From Botryllus schlosseri (Eukaryota), in the NCBI GenBank assembly GCA_051294905.1, contig CM119372.1:40178001-40242000 (forward strand): 64,000 nt of DNA, given 5' to 3'. Both the position numbers and the translations under genes were made by a program. Under the pieces are notes generated by a model, which worked only from the letters and a program-made list of their open reading frames with translations, did no database searches and was not told the DNA's origin. Position 1 is the stretch's first letter. Each line of letters begins with the position of its first letter. Below, one piece after another: positions 11,781 through 23,561 of this stretch.

Positions 11781-14727
11781 TTACTCAATCAAAACTGGCT
11801 GATTATGCTCCAAAATCATTTCGCCATAATTGACGTCAGGTTCGTTGTGCTGCAATTCGGACGACATTCCCGTAGAGAACTTTGGAAGATTAAGTTGCAG
11901 TTCATCGGAAGTGGACCCCATTTTGGGCAAATTATGAGCTAACGTCTGTCTCAGTTTTGCCAGAATCGGAACGTTGTGTTTTAGGGAGAGTGTTCCGGCC
12001 TTTAAGAGGGCGCGATTCCATTCCAGAATGGATTTTCCGACGTTAATCATCGGAATGCTTTCAAGTAAAGACGATTCTCCGCAGTTGATTAACGGGTTGT
12101 TCTCCTGTAGCACGACTTCGTCGAAATTCTCGCTCATTATAGGCACGGCAATCTCTAAACTCGATTCACCTGTCACAATGAGACATTCGTTTTTTTCGAG
12201 CTCGGTTACATTCTCTCCTACAGCCATCAACGGTTCCCTCTTATCCAGAATAGCTTCGGTTTTCAAAACCATCCGAGGCTCGTTGTGCCTCAATTCCGTT
12301 TCGGCCGAGTCGATCATTCTCGGATAGTTGTTTGTGAATTCACGCGATTCGGCCTTTTCCGAAAACTTGGGGGTTGAATCTTCGAAAAGGAGAGTGTCAG
12401 AACCGGTAGAAATTCGCGGTTCTGTTTTGAAGAATAGAACGTGACCGGCGTCATTTATAATGGCGGGAGTAGGCGATTTGATCGAAAACTTTTCGGGTCG
12501 GTTGAAAATGACCGGGTCTTGCAATGAGAGCGACGTCCGGCCGAAGTTGATCTCTGGGTCTTCGTGAGTGAAAATGAAATCACCGCAGACTAGGGCCGGT
12601 GTCTCCATTGTCAGGTCAAAATCGACCTGCAAGAAAGAGGTACACGTGAAGCAGTTTAAATATGTCAGGGTTTTTAAACCGGGTCCACAGAAGTGACTAC
12701 GGTATTTGATGTTTTAGTCGTTAGGTAGGATAGCTTTCTGGGAAGCTGGTTTTAACAACCATACTGCCCGTATCAGCAGTTCTAGTTGTGCATTTTGAAA
12801 AATGAGTTGTGGTTCTAGTAGCGCATTTTCAAAAGTCAGTAGGCTAGTTCTAATTCTCGTGGCGGACCTTGAGAACCCAATAGTTCGAGTTAGATGACGG
12901 TGAACTATGAAGTAACTACTGCTTTTTGAGTAGTTCTATTTCTGGGTCTGATGATTGAGTAGTCTTAGTTCTAGTTTTCGGGCAGCGGATATTGGGTTAA
13001 TGAGACAGTTTTTTGTAGTTATCAGGTAGCTCTTCAGGCATAATAAAATAGCCCCAGTAAAGATTAGCATACATTAGGGCTGTACAAAAAAAAAAACTTC
13101 TCCTTCAGATTTCGCTGGCTTCCATGATAAAACTGTTAGGTTGGTTAAAAAAAACGTTGCACGCCAACTTTGGCTCAATTCCAACCAGTAAAAGCGAAAT
13201 TCCTGCAGTAGAAAGTTTTTAATTTGTCATTAACAAATAAATAGAAAAAATTCGAAATTTTTCGGACGACCCAATAAAATAGTTAGGCCGTCAGTAGAGA
13301 TGATGCACACCAAATTTTGGCTCAATTCCAACCACTAGAAGCGAAGTTATTGCAGTAAAAAAAATTTTAATTCCACGATTTCATAATAAATAACACTGTG
13401 CTGCGTTAATTTTGAGGTTACTAAAATATTGACAGTTCTTCAAAATTGCATGGAAAGCATAGAAGTCTTGATTACGAAGCACAGGTCAAGAGCTGCTTGA
13501 AAGCTTTCAATCCCTTTGAGCCCTGATGTCTGTGAAAATGCACTTTCTGACTTCTCATTAGGGTTACTTTGCCGTCAACTGCGGTGATTACAGCGAACAA
13601 CAAGGAGAGAGATTCCCCCAAGACCTTCGCCAGAGGGAAGAAGAGTATTAAGGATACAGGAAACATGTTTGTAGATAACCGTTGGTGCTTAAAGAGTGAT
13701 CCCCACATGACGCCAAACACGAAAGAGAATCTTTGAAGCGACATTTATAGTCAGCATAAATCATTTGTATCTTATATTGTTATTGTATTTATCGTTGGAA
13801 TATATGTTACATATTAACTTCTAGCCTACCTTCTTTTATTAGGTTGAGCGCCATTGAACAAAATTATAATTTCTTGGTTGGTTGTAACTTGTAAGCGCCT
13901 TCATTTCAACTTTGTTATTATATTTTAGTAGGCTAGTACGGTATTTAAAATGGCTGTGAATGCAAAATCTTGAATTCAGACAAAAATATCGTCTTGCAAA
14001 AATTGACAACATGCATGACCAATTAAGCTACCACAGAAATTAGTTTCTTTGTGTAGAATAACGACCAAAGGCTAGCATAATTGAATATGCCGCAGAGAAA
14101 AAAATTGACCTGATTGAGAAAAAACTGGTTGCATTGTTGAGTTCAGCGCAAAATATTGACTCAAAAACATTTTTCACCTTCGAAAATTAATTTTCAAATG
14201 CAGCACAGTGTTAATTGAAGAGTTGGGCACCATAAATGCTATTTTATTCAAATCCAAATTTTTCTACAGCAGTAACTTCGCTTCTAGTGGTTGGAATTGA
14301 GCCAAATTTTTGCGTGCATAATCTCTACTGACAGCCAAACAGTTTGAGAGCACTGGTCTAAGCAACCATTAAAAGACTATTTCAAGTTGTTTCATTTAAC
14401 TCCTTGCATCCTTTCATTGTTATAGTGATTGTACCGTATCGCAGTCTTGTGGTGTTTTGAAACAATGAAATTATCAATGAACTGAATCTGATACCACAAG
14501 AAAAAAAATAGGCTAATCTGAAAAGACTCACATGGTATTGACTTGACAACATTGCAACTTACCTCGCCCATCTTTGGTTCTGCATAGAAATGACTTGAAG
14601 TCCCGCATAGCAGCTCTGGATTTTCGGAGAAGAACGAATCGCTTCCTTTTCTCAAATCTGGAGGAAGATTGAGTTTCCAAACGTCTTTGCGATCCCCCCG
14701 GCCCTCGGTGGGGTCATAATTAGCCAT
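11781..14727 (-). CDS. Two-exon gene (14727-14563, 12626-11781) for a ~336-aa acidic protein of degenerate 14-16 aa repeats; function unknown
   Basis: Exon 1 is 55 codons ending GAG|gtaagt. Exon 2 follows tttcttgcag| in phase 0 and stays open for 281 codons. The [LF]xxxxPx[hydrophobic]xxG repeat register continues across the splice junction. Confidence 0.8.
13069..14350. mobile_element. MITE related to 7899-8466, in the intron of the repeat-protein gene and interrupted by a Chapaev3-like element; right boundary approximate
   Basis: Starts atacattagggctgtacaaaaa. Segment 13290-13365 is inverted at 14260-14335. Confidence 0.55.
13394..14210 (+). mobile_element. Chapaev3 (CMC)-like deleted element
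   Basis: CACTGTGCTGC TIRs flanked by TAA/TTA. The + strand remnant MSVKMHFLTSH..NCGDYSEQQGERFPQDL..WCLKSD resembles the Chapaev3 transposase C-terminal motif (HFLHSH..SDEQGERFHQD). Confidence 0.75.
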
Positions 14728-15073
14728 CGTAAGCAGATAAATATATAGACCTATGTATAGCCTGTTGAAGAATACAGGGGGGAGCTTGCATTATTTCTAT
14801 AGTTGTTTTAGATTTTACAAGTCTCAAAGTTTTCAAAGTGACATTTATTTAAAAAAAGTCTTATTTTCAAGCAATTTCGGACTTAATTTTGAGACGAAAT
14901 AATGAGAAATATATGGTTTCCAAGGCCAATCTAGGGAGAGAATTTCTATGTCTGGCATGGCAAGAATTCCAGCTGTAGCAGATAGTTTTTTACAAAAATT
15001 GGTAGGCTGGATAAGTCGGTCCTTAACGAACCGATATTTTACCGGTAACTCTGCGGTCATTGCTGCAGTGTTA

Positions 15074-16094
15074 TAGGGCCATTTAAAGTCATTAAAGTCA
15101 TATTTTTTTCTATGCATCAGTAAGTCGTGAAATCAATTTTAACGCAAAAATCGCATCCATATGGGGTCTACAGGCTATATTAAGAAAGTTATAAAGTCAT
15201 ATAACGTCATATTTTTCTTGTTAGGTCATATATGAGTTATAAAGTCATATTGTTGTATACTTTAAATAAAATGTGTCAATTGAAGCAAATTACGCACTAA
15301 GAAAGTAAGGCAATTTCTGATTGAACGAAGGCCAACTGTAAGGTTAGCCTACATAACATTACAGTCGCAGACCTATGAGGTCACACATTGCATTGTGTTG
15401 CCACACAATCTGTTTTACTTCTGTGCACTGAAGTGGGACGTAATTTAAAGTTCAGAGACTTCCACAAGTGAAAGAAATAGTCAACGCATGGCGCATGGGA
15501 AGCTGAAGGAGTTATTGTAAAGAGCGTCAAAGATTCAGTGAACGATCCAAAGTTGACGAGTCAGTTAACAGAAATATGCCTCCGCTACAATATTCCAAAC
15601 TTGATACTGAAAATGGAGTTGTACGTACACTATCAAAGAGGCTCATGCTGATCTAAATGGCCTTGATTTCGGAAAAGAACGGCTTGAGCTCAAAAATTAC
15701 ATTAAGAAGCGATTGGACAAACATGATGTGAAACAAATTATGGAGCTACAAAGACAAGACATTTCACCAACGCCGTATGCAAAACTGCAGAAGTGTCAAC
15801 AAACATCTGCGTCTGTAGAGCGCTCATTTTCCTTATCAAAGTCATTTTTACGTCCAAATAGTAACTTTAAAGACTCCAACATTCCACACTACATGAAACT
15901 GTACTACAAAAGTGGTTTAAAATAAAAATGGACGTGTATTACTGTTATGTTGTTCATGTTTTACTCGTCAGTTCCATGAGTGACGTTGGTTACATGTAAA
16001 AATACACGATTTTCGCATAAAGTCACATAAAGTCATATTTTCCCAAAAATAAAGTCATATAATTGATTTTTAAGGTCATATAAAAATGGCCCTA
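15074..16094 (+). mobile_element. DNA transposon remnant with a hAT-dimerisation-like C-terminal fragment
   Basis: TAGGGCCATTT inverted ends and AAAGTCATA subterminal repeats. ORF 15713-15925 contains TSASVERSFS..K..L. No clear TSD. Confidence 0.6.
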
Positions 16095-16123
16095 GTTATT
16101 AGCCTATCCCTATCCCATATGGG

Positions 16124-17360
16124 CAGGGTTGCCATCGACATGGACCCAAAAATAAGGACACTCGAAAAATAAGATTAGCATGAAAAAGCATTTTTGTACA
16201 TATACATTGTATTTATACGAGCCGTGGCACATCACATTCCATACTTTTCGCCAGAAACAATCTGCTCTAGCAAATCCTTGTTATTAAAAAGTTCTTTATG
16301 GATGTCACGACAGCTCAGGTCTAGATTTACCTATACTCAGGGCCGAAACAGAACTTCGTCAGCCCCCCCACCCCAAAAAAAAACATATGCCTACGTTGGT
16401 CTTGCCCCCCCTCATACGGTGATAAACCAAACTTCTTCACCTCGTTGTAATTAGTGGCGTCACCCAAGATGGAAAAAGGCCGTACACCACGGTTTTGACA
16501 GTATGGAATGCCCAGGTACCCACTGCAGCAGCTACCTTGTAGTCTGCGGTCGTTGGTGCTGATCGACTTGTGGAAAAATTATTCATTGACTAGCTCAAAT
16601 TACACTTCTTGTGTTTTGGGCAATAAATGTGAGTTGAAATAGCGGTCTTTCCTATGGCCTCCCTCCAGGTTATTGACACAATTGCAGATATTGCAAAGTG
16701 GGAAACACTCGCCCTTCAAGCTTTGTTAGATACTTCAGGATGCTCTCTCATAATCGTCACGAAAAACGTTTTTACGGCTGCTCATTTTAACTAATCAGAT
16801 TAAGCATCAGTAGCTAAATCTATATGCGCAAGTACAATATAATTTAGATAAATTGATCAATGATTTATAGCTTTACTACTTTTTAACCAATGTGTCGACT
16901 GCACTGCGCCCTTTTTCACTACACAATAAATGCTGCTTTCCCCACAGCTTGAGCTTACTCTGCCGCAGACCAAACCGCAGGAACCTGGCACTGCTGTTTA
17001 CTGCTAAAATGACGTCCGGTGTGGTAGCTTGGTACAGACGAAATTGCTATACAACCACTCACTGCCCTAGCTATCTCACCACTTAGAAGTCAAATCTTGT
17101 TGTGTGTGTGTACGTCACGAGAGTTCCTTTCAGTTATAATATCATAAAATCTCGACGAAAAAGCATAATTTTAGAATATTATGCATCCCAGATACCTGAG
17201 GAAAACGATTGAAGTTCAGTAGTGGTTGAAAATAAGACGAAATAAGGACGCAAGTCGAAAATAAGGACATTTCTTAGAAATAAGGACAGTTGAGTTTTCT
17301 AAGACGTGGCCCTTCAAAATAAGGACAAATCTTAGAAATAAGGACGGTACGGCAACCCTG
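16124..17360 (-). mobile_element. Internally deleted hAT element, copy 2 (inverted, near-identical to 4768-6008)
   Basis: Reverse complement of copy 1; the mirrored ORFs 5042-5236/16892-17086 differ by one residue. Flanks CATATGGG/AATATAGG form a degenerate TSD. Confidence 0.88.
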
Positions 17361-17532
17361 AATATAGGTGAAAGGCTCGCATTAATCGCCCGAGTTGAGC
17401 GTGATCTGCGACAATGCATAATGATTTTCAGGTTCATTGTTCATTAACATGCTATGCAGCATCGTCATAGACTAAATAGATTAGTAACGGTCATCTATGA
17501 CTGACCTATGACGGAAGGTAGAAACCTATATC

Positions 17533-18045
17533 TAGGGCTGGGCAAAATCGAGTACCTGAGTGATTCGATTCTGAATCACGTAATATTCTTCGAGTCGAGT
17601 AATCGAGTATCACTCATTATGACGTCATAACAGAATGTAATACGTCAAAGTTCAAACACGTACTGTTTAGGCCACCACAAAGAATATAATGTCTGTTATC
17701 CATCTCATAAATGATACTTTGGTATTTTTTCGACCATACCGATTTCATTCCACTTGGTGACAATGCTGTGGGATGATCATGCCTTCGGAAATATGCTACG
17801 TCCAGTAACCTTTGTAGCTTTGTACTATATGTTTCGTATGCTACGATACCGCCAATCAAGGTTTCCAAGGCTTCAACAGTGAAAATTAGTATCGAAACTA
17901 TAATTGTCGTTGATAAATTAACTTTCAGTGGCGATAAGCGTACAATTTCAGTACTCGAAAAAATCGTCTTTTACTACTCGACTTGAATTGTTAAAATGAA
18001 TACTCGATTCAGATTCGAGTACTCGAATCATCGTGCCCAGCCCTA
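17533..18045 (+). mobile_element. hAT MITE, copy 2 of the 10496-11000 family
   Basis: TAGGGCTGGGCA TIRs and a perfect TSD CCTATATC (17525-17532/18046-18053). Confidence 0.9.
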
Positions 18046-18599
18046 CCTATATCCATCCGCACCGGGATGCTAGAAAATATAACCACTGTGATGCTAATAG
18101 CACATCAGCAGAAATATCATGACCGGGTGAATCATTGTGAATGTACATGGAAATAACGTATTTTTTCCGTATATAAAATTTAGGAATAACTGGAACATGG
18201 GTTGCCAGATCTCAAAATTCTCTGGAAAACCAGTTGCCAGTTCTTGATGTTAAGAAACGAGAAATTTCAAAAATCAGATTTACCCCCTTGCAGTCTCAAA
18301 GGAAGAACTACACCGTGCTGCAAGTCGAGATGACTATCCCAACATTACCCAAAAAAATATTTAAATCTTCGGAACACAATAGATTACAGCTTTCAATACA
18401 ACATCCATTGTAGCAGTATATTCATTAAACTCAAAGACTTTTCGGGTGCCTCTTTTCAAGAGTTATCGGCACACTGAAGCCAAAAAGGCACAGTGACGCA
18501 ACAATCAAAATCACAGACCATAGACAATAGATTACCCACCAAAGTCCAATGAAAATGGATCATTTATCAGGAAATAGAAATTCCCGCACTGATATTATA

Positions 18600-20210
18600 A
18601 CGGAAATTTGAATATGATCTGCGGCGTCAAAGGCGTGACTACATATTGCTACAAGTCAAGAGGAGTATCCAAACATTACTCTAAAAAATATTTCAACCTT
18701 CGGAACACAATAGGGGATGCCCACCAGAATCAAATGAAATTGGCTGGATCATTGTTCAGGATATAAACATGCTCGCATTGATATTATAACGGAAATTTTA
18801 AAAATCATTTTCACTACCCTGCGGCGTCAAAGGCGTAAGTACATATTGCTACAAGTCGAGAGGAGTATCCCAACATTACCCCCCAAAATATTTCAGCCTT
18901 CGGAACACAATAGGGGACCCACCAGAATCCGATGAAAATGGATCATTTTTCAGGAAATAGACATACCAGTATTGGTATTATAACGGAATTCCAAAAATCA
19001 TTATTTTCACTACCCTGCGGCGTCAAAGGCGTAACTACATATTGCTACAAGTCGAGAGGAGTATCCCAACATTACCCCTAAAAATATTTCAGCCATCGGA
19101 ACAAAATAGGGGACCCACCAGAATCCAATGAAATTGGCTGGATCATTGTTCAGGATATAAACATGCTCGCATTGATATTATAACGGAAATTTTAAAAATC
19201 ATTTTCACTACCCTGCGGCGTCAAAGGCGTAAGTACATATTGCTACAAGTCGAGAGGAGTATCCCAACATTACCCCCCAAAATATTTCAGCCTTCGGAAC
19301 ACAATAGGGGACCCACCAAAATCTGATGAAAATGGATCACTTTTCAGGAAATAGACATACCAGTATTGGTATTATAACGGAATTCCAAAAATCATTATTT
19401 TCACTACCCTGCGGCGTCAAAGGCGTAACTACATATTGCTACAAGTCGAGAGGAGTATCCCAACATTACCCCTAAAAATATTTCAGCCATCGGAACACAA
19501 TAGGGGACCCACCAGAATCCAATGAAATTGGCTGGATCATTGTTCGGGATATAAACATGCTGGCATTGATATTATAACGGAAATTTTAAAAATCATTTTC
19601 ACTACCCTGCGGCGTCAAAGGCGTAAGTACATATTGCTACAAGTCGAGAGGAGTATCCCAACATTACCCCAAAAAATATTTCAGCCTTCGGAACACAATA
19701 GGGGACCCACCAGAATCCAATGAAAATGGATCAGTTTCAGGAAATAGACATACCAGTATTGATATTATAACGGAATTACAAACATAATTTTCACTACCCT
19801 GCGGCGTCAAAGGCGTAACTACATATTGTTAAAAGTCGAGAGGAGTATCCCAACATTACCCCCAAAAATATTTCAGCCTTCGGAACACAATAGGGGACCC
19901 ACCAGAATCCGATGAAAATGGATCATTTCTCAGGAAATAGACATACCAATATTGGTATTATAACGGAATTCCAAAAATCATTTTCACTACCCTGCGGCGT
20001 CAAAGGCGTAACTACATAATGCTACAAGTCGAGACGAGTATCCCAACATTACCCCCAAAAATATTTCAGCCTTCGGAACACCCACCAGAATCCGATGAAA
20101 ATGGATCATTTTCAGGAAATAGACATACCAGTATTGATATTATAACGGAATTACAAACATAATTTTCACTATACCCTGCGGCGTCAACGGCGTAACTACA
20201 TATTGCTACC
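18600..20210 (+). repeat. Tandem array of ~9 units of ~180-186 bp (partly alternating variants); 2-3 inverted units at ~21870-22330
   Basis: ctgcggcgtcaaaggcgtaa...gctacaagtcgagaggagtatcccaacattacccc recurs at ~18620, 18820, 19015, 19212, 19409, 19608, 19799, 19992 and 20176. Confidence 0.9.
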
Positions 20211-20520
20211 ATCATATTTACCCCCTTCTCCTGCGGCCTCACAGGCAGAACTACACTGTGCTACAGGTCGAAATGACTATCCCAATCATAAACTTTTCCG
20301 AAAAAAAAACAGGAATAATGTCGAGTCATGTCATGTTCGTTGATGTTCGACTAAAGTCAAACATTCACGTTAGATCGTAAATGCGAATGCAAACCAGGGT
20401 TATATAGAGTTCGTCGCAAATATATAGGATACATGTAAAAATCGGCGATCAATTATAATTATAAAAGCAATTTCATTCGAAATCAGTATTCGTTCATAGT
20501 ATAAATACAAAAATATCATA

Positions 20521-21830
20521 TTACGAGTCCATCATCGCTTTAGCTGCAATGTAGTTGAGGTTGCGTGTGTGCATTACATATTTAATGCAGACCTCTGTGA
20601 GTATAACGTGTCGGAAGTATTCATCTGCACGAAAATCGGGCTCCAACACTTTCATCAGTTCACAATCTTTTTTGATGACCGATGGATTGAACACATTCGT
20701 GATACGTGGTGCTGAGTACGCGTGCACAGTGACAGTCGAATTGACACATTTTCTGAAGAGTTTTTTATGCAGGCATAACTTCGACATCAAATACCAATAC
20801 AAGTTTCCAATTTGATCTTCTGGTAATAAGTCTGCCGGCGCTTTGGACGGAGTACGCTGAGCCAATCTGGATTGCATCATCATCAATTTCTTGTTGATAA
20901 GAAAAGATCTGTGAGTTTGATGATTTGGCTCCTGGCACGCGTTTCGAGGCCTTTCACACAAAGCTGTGAAGTACGAAACTAAACCGTCAGCAAAGATTTC
21001 GTCAAATTCTTGTGGTATTTTAAATATTATCATTTGGAACTCCGTTACATTTTCCATCCTGATTTCCACATTTTCAATTGGTCTCATTCTTTTTCTCTTC
21101 ACAATTTTTGGTTTTGGAGTCTCATCTTCGTCGGCGGTAGAATCATCGTCGCTTATAATCAGACGCTTATCTGGGCGTCTTACATAAAAAAATATGTATC
21201 CATTCTGAGTCTTCACAGTAGATGAAACGTCACGGCTTTCTCGATAAACGGTTTTGTCATCATAAACAACTGCGGTACCATCCTTTTTGAATACGTTGGT
21301 GACGTAGTGCCCCGCGTTGACCGATTCACCAAGCCTTGAAACTACGGCGCATAAATTAAAGCACTTGACTCCATATTTAATGTTTTCCGCTGCTGCGAGA
21401 CTGTAGGAAAGAATATTGCTGCGATCGTTCCTTGGTGCATGAACGACCAATAAAGTCGGAGTCGACAAGATCTGACGATGCATATTCACCATAGAGTTAC
21501 ATTTCAAACAATGTTCTGTCGTCGAATCATCGAATTGTTTTCGGATATTGTCCTCCAGTGACTCAGGTGCATTATCCCCGACAACAAGACGAATGACTGT
21601 TTTGTTTGTGGTCGATTGATTTATGAAGCCACAGGATTGGCAAGCTCCTCGTAATTCAATATGCGTGTCACAATTCAGTTTAACCTTTTCCAAAATTGTG
21701 GGAATATTGCTGAGCTCGAAAAATTCCATGGCATCTTGCTGTTGTCCCTCTGGAAACTTACAAGCCTCAGCAGATTCCCTGACGGCATTTTCAATTTCCT
21801 GATCCGTACTCTCCTTGCGGTTTACTAGAT
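20521..21830 (-). CDS. USP (peptidase C19)-like domain lacking the N-terminal Cys box, plus an unknown C-terminal domain; probably a truncated transposon ORF
   Basis: In frame: QQQDAMEFF, Zn-finger pairs CQSC/CLKC, PTLLVVH, His box NLCAVVSRLGESVNAGHYV...VYDDKTV, and GYIFFYVR. No GLxNxGNxC motif is seen before the repeat array. Confidence 0.72.
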
Positions 21831-23561
21831 TAGAAATGATTTTATTTGTAATTCCGTTCTGTCTGTGAGGCCGCAGGAGATGAGGATGAATATGATGTTT
21901 CTAACTTCCGTTATAATATAAATACTGGTATGTCTATTTCCTGAAAAATGATCCATTTCATCGGATTCTGGTGGGTCCCCTATTGTGTTCCGAAGGCTGA
22001 AATATTTTTGGGGGTAATGTTGGGATACTCCTCTCGACTTGTAGCAATATGTAGTTACGCCTTTGACGCCGCAGGGTAGTGAAAATGATTTTTGGAATTC
22101 CGTTATAATATCCGTACTGGCATATCTATTTCCCAAAAATGATCCATTTTCATTGGATTCTGGTGGGTCCCCTATTGTGTTCCGAAGGTTGAAATATTTT
22201 TTAGAGTAATGTTTGGATACTCCTCTTGACTTTTAGCAATATGTAGTCACGCCTTTGACGCCGCAGGGTAGTGAATATGATTTTTCAAATTTCCGTTATA
22301 ATATCAGTGCGGGAATTTCTATTTCCTGATAAATGATCCATTTTCATTGGACTTTGGTGGGTAATCTATTGTCTATGGTCTGTGATTTTGATTGTTGCGT
22401 CATACTGTGCCTTTTTGGCTTCAGTGTGCCGATAACTCTTGAAAAGAGGCACCCGAAAAGTCTTTGAGTTTAATAAATATACTGCTACAATGGATGTTGT
22501 ATTGAAAGCTGTAATCTATTGTGTTCCGAAGATTTAAATATTTTTTTGGGTAATGTTGGGATAGTCATCTCGACTTGCAGCACGGTGTAGTTCTTCCTTT
22601 GAGACTGCAAGGGGGTAAATCTGATTTTTGAAATTTCTCGTTTCTTAACATCAAGAACTGGCAACTGGTTTTCCAGAGAATTTTGAGATCTGGCAACCCA
22701 TGTTCCAGTTATTCCTAAATTTTATATACGGAAAAAATACGTTATTTCCATGTACATTCACAATGATTCACCCGGTCATGATATTTCTGCTGATGTGCTA
22801 TTAGCATCACAGTGGTAAAATATAAATCTATTATTGAGCAAATATTTGACAAACACTAAACCACAGATCTCGGACCAGCGGAACTTATGCTAGTAAACGG
22901 TGGACCCGTTGGGACTGGTTGGGACTACGGAGTACGGATCAGGGGTGAGGCCACTGAGCAGAGGTGGCCAAGAATCCCAAGCTCCGGTCCAGGAGATCAG
23001 GACTGGAATAGGTGCAGGACTTAATCGATCGTTTTTATGTAGCTGGACTGGAATAAAAATGCCAAATACCTTGGTGTTTTACTGGATTCGGACATAACAT
23101 AACATCATTGGGTTATATTTTTCATCTGAACAAGTCACACACAATGTACAATGCAATAATACACAATGCGATATCATGAACAGGATACAGATAGGGCTAG
23201 GCTCATTTGGCAAGGACCTGATTAATCGGTTCGGCATATTAATATCGAATATTTCGGGCTTCGGCAAATATGCGTCTATCATTTTGCGCAAATATTTTAT
23301 CGCCAACTATCTTTCTGCAATTGCAGACTAGAACAGTGGTTCTCATCCTTTTTCACCTCGCGGACCGGTAAAATTTCAAAAAATATTTGACGGACTGGTG
23401 GACTTTCAGCAATTGAAATCAACCCAAAATGTAGAGTATGAAGCCGTTTTTTGCAAGTATATGGCACTGAGCTATATAAACACTGGAGTGCGCTACTCGC
23501 GATATTTACGTTGTCACTAGAAATAGTTGCATTGTGGGTAGTAGGCTGGACGATTTAGTAC

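Larger units (their letters stand above)
18082..22816. mobile_element. Foldback-type DNA element (4,735 bp) with long TIRs, internal tandem arrays and a USP-like cargo ORF
   Basis: Termini ACCACTGTGATGCTAATAGCAC with ~540 bp near-identical inverted outer arms. TSD AAAATATA (18074-18081/22817-22824; can be read as 9 bp). Confidence 0.88.
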
